Positions 57,528 through 64,000 of a stretch of DNA of 64,000 bases are shown one piece after another (position 1 is the first letter of the stretch; each line of letters begins with the position of its first letter). The stretch spans positions 1 to 64,000 of IMG/VR virus record IMGVR_UViG_3300021255_002056. One strand, written 5' to 3'. This DNA is from a virus. Its lineage: Duplodnaviria > Caudoviricetes. Position numbers and translations under genes: made by a program. The notes beneath the pieces are model-generated. The model searched no databases. It saw only the letters and a list, made by a program, of their open reading frames with translations, and was not told where the DNA came from.

Positions 57528-57767
57528 TCAAATAATCTTCTTTCCAGATCTGTATTGGTCTAAAGGAATATCAAATGGAAAGAACGCTTTGATTTCCTTT
57601 GTTGTTTTATTAATAGAAAAACTTCTATTTAAAGGACCTTCATCTTGATGTTTAATTACATAATCATTCGGTATTAAATTAAACACCAAAATATCGCCAT
57701 AGTCATAAACCGAATCAATTATGTATGACGGAAAGGCATTATTAATTATTTCCTTGTATTCTTCCAT
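57528..57767 (-). CDS. putative immunity protein (Imm35/YrhB-like) for the upstream papain toxin
   Basis: 79 aa; DY...LVF......FSINKTTKEI; overlaps the toxin stop. Confidence 0.55.
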   Translation of the reverse strand: MEEYKEIINNAFPSYIIDSVYDYGDILVFNLIPNDYVIKHQDEGPLNRSFSINKTTKEIKAFFPFDIPLDQYRSGKKII

Positions 57768-58738
57768 GAACTCTTCCTTTCGTGTTCAATGGCGTTTATG
57801 TATTTAATAGATCCATTTTGATAAATCAACAGATAGCATAAACTATTCTGCTTGAGATGAACCTTTATAAAAGTTTTGTACCTTGTAACTGCAAAATTGT
57901 TTAGTCTAAACTGACTAGCTAAACAGTCTAACGATAGTAACGCATAGTCATTATCCTTTGGGCAAGTTGTGTCGAATAGTTTATTCTTCACACATTTTAA
58001 AATACGTTCGGTAGGCTCTTCGTTATCTGTACGAAAGTAATATAGTCTATTTAAGTAATCATAGTATTCACTTAAATATCGAATTTTACTATGCTGGCAA
58101 TCTCTTAAAATTACTCTGCCATTCAATACCTCATAAATTAATGAATGAGCACCACCAAAAGTCCACATTAAACTAATCTGTCCTCTTGCGTTGTTACCCT
58201 GACTAATCAATTCTTCTTCTATATCAGAACAAGAATAATTAGAGGTGCTCATATACCGGTATCCAGGATACTCTTCATCAAAACGCTTCTGTTTCAACTC
58301 TTTGCCATCGTAAAACGGAGCAGAGTTTTTATGTGTCCACCAAGAATAAATCTCAAATATACTATTAATACTAGAATCAATATCAGAATTGTTATGATAA
58401 TCGTCTGCTTCTACGTCAAAACCTCTTCTTCGGAGATCGTACGCTGCAGAACAATAAGCGCAATTAATAGTAAATGCTTGATCATCTTTAAGATAAGGAT
58501 TAACTCGCTGCATATCATCATTCATACTCATTGGAAATTGTTTTCGCTTAAGATCGGATAATTTATCAGGATTATCCTCTGAAACTTGATTAAGCATTAA
58601 TTGAATAGAGTTTTTCCAATTGATTAAAATATTTAACTCTTTTAATCCTTTGCCGTTTGCAGTTAATTTCAATCCTCTATTAATATTCGCTAAAAGTTTT
58701 GACTTACTGCTTTTCGGAGACCTGATAAACTCATTCAT
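57746..58738 (-). CDS. papain-fold toxin (Tox-PL-like), no LxH leader
   Basis: NCAYCSAAYDLRRRG...W..GGAHSLIYEV.NG....RDCQ. Confidence 0.75.
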   Translation of the reverse strand: MNEFIRSPKSSKSKLLANINRGLKLTANGKGLKELNILINWKNSIQLMLNQVSEDNPDKLSDLKRKQFPMSMNDDMQRVNPYLKDDQAFTINCAYCSAAYDLRRRGFDVEADDYHNNSDIDSSINSIFEIYSWWTHKNSAPFYDGKELKQKRFDEEYPGYRYMSTSNYSCSDIEEELISQGNNARGQISLMWTFGGAHSLIYEVLNGRVILRDCQHSKIRYLSEYYDYLNRLYYFRTDNEEPTERILKCVKNKLFDTTCPKDNDYALLSLDCLASQFRLNNFAVTRYKTFIKVHLKQNSLCYLLIYQNGSIKYINAIEHERKSSWKNTRK

Positions 58739-58748
58739 AACTTATCTC

Positions 58749-60512
58749 CTAAAAACTATCTTTGTTATGTTTAAACGCAACAAAAGCGTCAAGCATTGCT
58801 GCTACGCAGTCTATTTTCTGATCGGAACGTTTCTTATATAACTTCCGGTTTCCATTAGTATCTTCCAAAGTAATACAGTTGCCCATTGCAAAGTTCATGA
58901 TTAATTCATCAAATAAAAGAAGCCTCTGTTCAGAAAGCTTCTTTAATTCTCCTAATGGAACAGATTCTGTTCTAGCACCCTGAATAACTTTTTCAACTCC
59001 AAATGGTCCATGCTCTGTTTCCCATCGCTCTACAAATTCTTTTGCATTATACGGGTCAAATCCAAAGCAGTTAACATCATAGCCATGAACATCTATAAAT
59101 CTATCTAGGTCATCATAGACTTCCATCATGTCTAAAATTGTTCCATCCATGATCATCAGGCTGCCTTCTTTGACAAAATCATCGTATTTACTCTTAAGCG
59201 CTGACGGTAATTTGTCATAAGTAAATGAGCTTATATAGTTTCTAGTCTTTACACCAAAGGCGTCACCTCTAAGTGGGAACAAAAATGTAAACGCACAAAA
59301 GTCATCACCCTGAGACATATCTGCTCCAAGAGAACACTGCATTTTATCAAATGATCTAAAATGGTGAGGAAGAGTTTCTTCGTACGGAAAATAATATGTA
59401 TAACCTTCCAAAGGAATTCCAAATCTCTTAGCCAGAATATCGTTTCTATTTGATGGAGATTTCTCAGCTCGCTCCTTATCCAACTGGTAGGTTTCATAGC
59501 TTACTGTAATACCTAGATTTGGATTCGCTTTAACCCACATAGCAGGATCGTCAACCTCTTCAACAGAATCCAATCTGTAATACCAGATCGATACTCTTGG
59601 GTTGATGTAATCTCCTTTAAGTATGTCGATTAGCTCCATTTTGATAGTATCACCTGGGCCATTTCGAACTGTACCTTCTGAAGAAGTAGCAACAATCAAA
59701 TAGTCGTTTACTTCTTCAATACCACCTTGCTCCTTAGTACAAGACTGCTCAATAGCGCCAATGACGTCTTCCCTTGTATCTCCAGACAACCATTCATCGA
59801 CTGTTGCGATCTTAACACGATAACCCTGAAGCTTATCACGGCTCATAGGTTTTACTTCGATCGTAGATCCGGTAATAAAATTCTGAATACCTTTCTTAGT
59901 AGAGGCAAGCTTTACTCTATCAGCTCTATTACCGGTTGTGTTTTGTAAAGATCCGTAGGTCATGAACTTGAACATAGGTCCTCTAGATCGATTAATAGCC
60001 GTTCGGATCGGAGATAGCACTTCATCAGCTTGAGCCATTGTTGGAGCTGTAACTGTTTGGCCATTAGCACTACGATCACAGATCAGAAAATATGCCTGAA
60101 GAAAAGCTGCATACATAGACTTTGCAGCACCTCTGGCAATAATTAAATATTGTTTTGTAATTAGGCGTTTCTTAAAATATTTGCTAACATAGTGGCCTCC
60201 TCGTCCGTTAGGATCTGGAACCCATACACTACGTTCAACAAAGTAATACCATCCAAAAATCTGTTCTGACCAAAGCTTAAACGACTCAAGCATTTTAACA
60301 TCGCCACCGTTTGTAAGAGTTAATTCATTCTCACAAAAAGCAACAAAGCCATTCATTGCATCAGGATCATAGTAGACTCCTGGATTACTAATAAGATCAT
60401 CGATACGGTTCATCTCCATAGCGATGTACTTATTAATTTTTGTCTCTCCTCTCATTACGGAATCTCTAAATCTACCGTAATATATCGGTACGGCAGTATT
60501 AGACAACGGCAT
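58749..60512 (-). CDS. terL: terminase large subunit
   Basis: Walker A ARGAAKS, Walker B IATVDEW, nuclease GADMSQGDD and KIDCVAAMLDA. Confidence 0.93.
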   Translation of the reverse strand: MPLSNTAVPIYYGRFRDSVMRGETKINKYIAMEMNRIDDLISNPGVYYDPDAMNGFVAFCENELTLTNGGDVKMLESFKLWSEQIFGWYYFVERSVWVPDPNGRGGHYVSKYFKKRLITKQYLIIARGAAKSMYAAFLQAYFLICDRSANGQTVTAPTMAQADEVLSPIRTAINRSRGPMFKFMTYGSLQNTTGNRADRVKLASTKKGIQNFITGSTIEVKPMSRDKLQGYRVKIATVDEWLSGDTREDVIGAIEQSCTKEQGGIEEVNDYLIVATSSEGTVRNGPGDTIKMELIDILKGDYINPRVSIWYYRLDSVEEVDDPAMWVKANPNLGITVSYETYQLDKERAEKSPSNRNDILAKRFGIPLEGYTYYFPYEETLPHHFRSFDKMQCSLGADMSQGDDFCAFTFLFPLRGDAFGVKTRNYISSFTYDKLPSALKSKYDDFVKEGSLMIMDGTILDMMEVYDDLDRFIDVHGYDVNCFGFDPYNAKEFVERWETEHGPFGVEKVIQGARTESVPLGELKKLSEQRLLLFDELIMNFAMGNCITLEDTNGNRKLYKKRSDQKIDCVAAMLDAFVAFKHNKDSF

Positions 60513-60515
60513 TGG

Positions 60516-60875
60516 TTAGATCTCTCCTATCTCTCCAACATAATTTTGTGTAATAAAACCTCTCCACTCCAATTCGTCAATAGTTTCTTTTAAAGCTGTT
60601 GCTAAAGTGGATGAAGTCGGCGGATCAAAAATAGATTTAGTTTTTAATCCTGCCCAAGTAATGAGAGTTCTTAAATTTATCGGCTGACCTTTAATTAAAA
60701 TATCGGACCACTTAGATGTATTGTCTTTGATTGTGTGAGCTTCATCAGATAAGCCTTCCTGGTAGACAATAAATAGTACTGCATTAATAGCAATTATTAA
60801 ATCTCTATCAAAGTCCGTATTTCTTCGATCAATTCCGATTACATCTTTAATCGAATCTAAAATACTTTGATCCAT
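60516..60875 (-). CDS. head-tail connector (gp6-like)
   Basis: SILDSIK...FDRDLIIAIN...FDPPTSS...ELEWR. Confidence 0.75.
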   Translation of the reverse strand: MDQSILDSIKDVIGIDRRNTDFDRDLIIAINAVLFIVYQEGLSDEAHTIKDNTSKWSDILIKGQPINLRTLITWAGLKTKSIFDPPTSSTLATALKETIDELEWRGFITQNYVGEIGEI

Positions 60876-60878
60876 AAT

Positions 60879-61304
60879 CTACCTCCTCCAAAGACAGGTA
60901 TCATTAGGAGAACGGTCCACAAAAGACTTAGTGAAAATATCGTTCTCACTTCCATAGTGTATTAAATTATGTGTATCTAATTTTGTGGTGATCAAGTTTT
61001 CAGGATCAAATACCATTTGACTTCTTTGTAAAATATCCTCAACAGTGATCGGATTAATGTGATGAATAATTGCATTTTTATAGATCTCATATCCTTCACA
61101 TCCCAAATCACAGCCATTGTCTCTAAGAATAATCTTTCTCTTAACACTTTTCCATTCAAGACAATGGTAAAGTAACTGGTTCAAATATCTCTCATACCCA
61201 AACGTTTCTTTGGCAACACTCCCATGAAGAAGTAAGTATTCTAACCTTTCCTGAAAACTTTTTAGTTTAATTAATTCTGAATAACATCTAGAATAGTTCA
61301 ACAT
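60879..61304 (-). CDS. HNH endonuclease (packaging-associated)
   Basis: RDNGCDLGC...IHHINP...NLIT....HNLIH; start corrected. Confidence 0.8.
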   Translation of the reverse strand: MLNYSRCYSELIKLKSFQERLEYLLLHGSVAKETFGYERYLNQLLYHCLEWKSVKRKIILRDNGCDLGCEGYEIYKNAIIHHINPITVEDILQRSQMVFDPENLITTKLDTHNLIHYGSENDIFTKSFVDRSPNDTCLWRR

Positions 61305-61644
61305 CTTCGTTGTCCTCATCACTAGATGAATTTCCAGTATAAATTCCGAATGCTTGCATAGCTGCAGCGAAGAGTTCTTCGGAATGTTTTGCAGATTGCA
61401 ATGCTTGAGTTTTAGCAACAAGCAATTCGTTTTCTTTTCTAAGCTTCTCCAGCTCTAATTTGCTTTTTGTTGATCCCAATCTGAGAAAGTGGACCAATTC
61501 TTGTGATGATGCTGTATGATTACGGATCCTATACTCCACTTCATCTGCTGCAAGAGCTATAAGCTGGTTCTCACGACCCTCTTCTGTCTCAGCTGGACGT
61601 AGTTTTGGTATAGTTTCTTCTACGACTACACGCTTTTTAGCCAT
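61288..61644 (-). CDS. terS: putative terminase small subunit
   Basis: First gene of the packaging operon; RENQLIALA...ASSQ...LEKL..EN.LL coiled coil. Confidence 0.55.
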   Translation of the reverse strand: MAKKRVVVEETIPKLRPAETEEGRENQLIALAADEVEYRIRNHTASSQELVHFLRLGSTKSKLELEKLRKENELLVAKTQALQSAKHSEELFAAAMQAFGIYTGNSSSDEDNEDVELF

Positions 61645-61688
61645 GATCTCACTTCCTTTCCTATCAGTTCTGTAATAGTTTTAATATA

Positions 61689-61817
61689 CTTTAGTGTCAT
61701 TTATGAGGCATTAAATACTTGGAGAGTAGATGCCAAGTCACAAAAACGAAGACACCTCGTGCGAAAGGAGAGTAGAGCCCTAACACGGTACTTAATACCT
61801 CGTAAATAACGCTAAAG
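61689..61817. ncRNA. 30-bp imperfect inverted repeat enclosing about 70 nt (candidate structured leader RNA)
   Basis: Arms 61689-61718 and 61788-61817 differ only by 5 transitions. Confidence 0.45.
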
Positions 61818-61854
61818 AGTACCATGGAAAAGCGATTGGGTTTCCGAAAATATC

Positions 61855-61945
61855 AGCAAAAAATCCCGCCGGAGAATTTTTTGAGACCGCCGCGATGCAA
61901 TAGGGGGTGGGCTTTATAAGAGCCCCCCTCCAGTGCACTGCGAGG
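61855..61945. other. putative cos/packaging-site region
   Basis: GC-rich island (CCGCCGCG, GGGGGTGGG...GCCCCCC) in an AT-rich genome upstream of terS/HNH. Confidence 0.45.
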
Positions 61946-61981
61946 CAATAACTAGGTTAAAGATAAAAATGCAATTAAAAC

Positions 61982-62287
61982 TTAATCATTAAACGATTTG
62001 TAATCTTTGTTGATTACTTTTTTGTAAATTCCAAGAAAATCGTTTTCAATTATTTCGTCAATTGCACGTTCAATCTCATCATTGTTTAGTTCGTCGCTCA
62101 ATTGTTCGGATGTTTTCGCGATTCTTGCTAAATAATTGCTTGAACAATAACCTTTTAAATTGTCAAACATAAGCCAATCACTGAATTGAGTGAATGGATC
62201 ATAAGGATTGTCAATTGTTGTTAATGCGAACTTTGCATTGTTTTCAATTGAACTGTTTGCTTTTGCGATTTCTTTTGCATTAGCCAT
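61982..62287 (-). CDS. hypothetical protein (LTTIDNPYDPF motif) downstream of RNAP
   Basis: ORF track; GAAAGGAG RBS. Confidence 0.65.
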   Translation of the reverse strand: MANAKEIAKANSSIENNAKFALTTIDNPYDPFTQFSDWLMFDNLKGYCSSNYLARIAKTSEQLSDELNNDEIERAIDEIIENDFLGIYKKVINKDYKSFND

Positions 62288-62312
62288 TTTTCTACAACAA
62301 TTCTCCTTTCAC

Positions 62313-64000
62313 TCAAGCTTTCAAAGCCTTGGCAATAGTACTTGCTGAAACACCAAGGGCTGCGGCTATTTCGGCATTAGTCTTTCCACTTTGTGACATT
62401 GCTTTTGCTCGGCTCTTCATTGCGTCTGTCATGACTTTTCTTGAACTCGGTGTAGCTCTCTCCCTTAGCTTATCCGTGTCTGTATGGTCAAGTACTTTTC
62501 TTAAAGTATTAGCATGAACTGCACCAGCTTGAATGGCTTCCCAAATGCTATCTGTAATTGTGATTTCATTCCTTTGAGCTCCTACTCTAGCCCTAGCCTT
62601 GGTGAGTTCTACCTGCCTCAGTTTCTTCTTATCTTCCTTCTTAATGTCTGGATTACTCTGTACTTTAGCTTTGAAGTTTACTGTAGCTATTACTTGAGCT
62701 TGTCTTTCTCTAGGCTTATTCTTAGTTGATAGGTCTAACTGGTTCTCAAGCTCTTGTACCTCATTAGCGTATTTCTTAGCTGCAGCACTGCTGTATTCAG
62801 AACCTTTAGTATCATAACTAAGCTTCCTAGCCTGGTTGGCTAGGCTCTTCATAGTATTAGCATAAGAAGCATAAAGCTGTTCCATAGGGGAATTACTATC
62901 AGATATTAAAGTTCTAGCATCATCTGTTTCAGCCATCTTTGTGCTTGGCTGTGTACGAGTTTTCTCTATTATCTTTACTTCCCCAGTCTTTTTATTAACC
63001 TTCTCTATTGTATACCTAGCTTTAGGATCTTCTTTGTATAGCAATGCTCCTTCAGGTTTAGATGGATCATAATCTGGGCGACCCTTAATATTTATTCTTG
63101 GCTGGCCTTTTCTTCTTACTACATCTTTCTGAGACTTAGCCATTGAAATAAGAGTTGACGCACCATATACTTCTTTTCCTTCTTCATCCAGATGAGCTTG
63201 ATACTTCTTTTTAAGGCGTTCAATCTCATTCTGAGCGTAACTCGATTGGTAATCAAGTTTATGCTTTTCCGCATCAATAACAACCATTGAATGACGAACT
63301 GCTTTTGCTAATTCATCTTCTGTAGCACCTTTAATGGTCATATCATTGATAAGATTTGAAATACGCCCCATTTCATTTTGAGTATTCTTCATTACTTTAA
63401 ATTCGTATCCTGCTTTATTAAAGTAATGCTTATTACCATTCTTATCTTCGTAAGTCTTACTAGGATCGCAGCCATATACTTCTTTTGGCTCAAATCCTTC
63501 TAAGCCTTTCAAAGACTTTCCATTGTTATTCTTGATTCTGATAGTACTGTTTGTCGGAATTACCATAACAGTATCACCATCAAAATCAGCTCCAGAAAGC
63601 TTTTCTGCAACAGAAGCATTAATACCGACAGCATCTCTTGAGTTCTTGCCGATCATTGCAACACCATCTTTCTGTTTATTATTAACAGTTAGAATTGGTA
63701 TCTCAAATGGTCCACCATGCGGATAACGAATTAACGCGACCTGTTCACCATCTTTATAGTTAGGTGCATAGATTTCATTACTTTTCATAGACGGAATAGG
63801 TAAAATAACCTGGAACTTCTGTCTTGGTAAAGCCGCTGCCGTTAGGTGAACTGCTGACGAATCACAATCACTTGCAAATGAGTCTAAGTAATACTTTTTA
63901 AGCGTATTATTTTCAAGACTCATAATGTCTTTTAACTCTTCTTGCTTTTCAAGAACAGCTAAATTCAACTGTCTCTTTGCTAACTGAACTGTTTGTTTAG
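62313..64000 (-). CDS. two-barrel (double-psi beta-barrel) DNA-dependent RNA polymerase, 5'-truncated by the window
   Basis: LIRYPH...LSGADFDGDTV catalytic motif; frame stays open to the window edge; C-terminal HTH. Confidence 0.85.
   Translation of the reverse strand, partial: KQTVQLAKRQLNLAVLEKQEELKDIMSLENNTLKKYYLDSFASDCDSSAVHLTAAALPRQKFQVILPIPSMKSNEIYAPNYKDGEQVALIRYPHGGPFEIPILTVNNKQKDGVAMIGKNSRDAVGINASVAEKLSGADFDGDTVMVIPTNSTIRIKNNNGKSLKGLEGFEPKEVYGCDPSKTYEDKNGNKHYFNKAGYEFKVMKNTQNEMGRISNLINDMTIKGATEDELAKAVRHSMVVIDAEKHKLDYQSSYAQNEIERLKKKYQAHLDEEGKEVYGASTLISMAKSQKDVVRRKGQPRINIKGRPDYDPSKPEGALLYKEDPKARYTIEKVNKKTGEVKIIEKTRTQPSTKMAETDDARTLISDSNSPMEQLYASYANTMKSLANQARKLSYDTKGSEYSSAAAKKYANEVQELENQLDLSTKNKPRERQAQVIATVNFKAKVQSNPDIKKEDKKKLRQVELTKARARVGAQRNEITITDSIWEAIQAGAVHANTLRKVLDHTDTDKLRERATPSSRKVMTDAMKSRAKAMSQSGKTNAEIAAALGVSASTIAKALKA

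Noticed and set aside
60879-61304. HNH as a mobile homing endonuclease
   Set aside because: Its position between terS and the connector/terL fits the packaging-associated HNH of cos phages; no intron context.
112-63726. Plus-strand ORFs in the track other than the integrase (e.g. 38019-41102, 39654-40778, 31376-31864)
   Set aside because: Antisense shadows of long minus-strand genes, with no RBS or recognisable motifs.
58749-64000. Introns/inteins in terL or RNAP, or genetic-code reassignment
   Set aside because: Core genes read through intact in code 11 at expected lengths, with no intein motifs seen.

Overview
This is a 64-kb slice of a temperate, long-tailed (siphovirus-type) Caudoviricetes genome, probably from a low-GC Firmicutes host. 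Nearly all genes lie on the minus strand. 1-15.1 kb: about 50 small accessory genes. Most form a cassette-like array in which each gene is delimited by a conserved hairpin/U-tract/TTC-N5-CTxTxATGA/RBS junction (about 35 copies). This region also holds a tRNA-like RNA and a double-T-loop RNA candidate. 15.2-16.5 kb: a tyrosine integrase (the only well-supported plus-strand gene) with an intact attP-like site resembling a tRNA 3' end. 16.9-23.4 kb: a five-member paralogous 'YxKQTW' module family, the lysis genes and a GT2 glycosyltransferase. 23.5-47.7 kb: a heavily decorated tail/baseplate module (DUF285-like repeats, a CotH-kinase-like domain, CBM-like inserts), a 2518-aa tape measure protein and the neck/tail tube genes. 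47.7-50.9 kb: a fused prohead protease-capsid gene and the portal. 50.9-53.5 kb: a six-gene spore-coat-like cassette. 53.5-58.7 kb: proteins with a shared 'LxH(H/W/S)' leader plus two papain-fold toxin/small-immunity-like pairs. 58.7-64 kb: terminase, HNH, a cos-like region and the 3' part of a DFDGD two-barrel RNA polymerase. The strongest novelty candidates are a MuF-independent, virion-packaged polymorphic toxin system with a histidine leader motif shared with the capsid polyprotein, and the promoter/terminator-delimited cassette array possibly read by the phage RNAP. All family calls come from motif recognition by eye; no database search was run.
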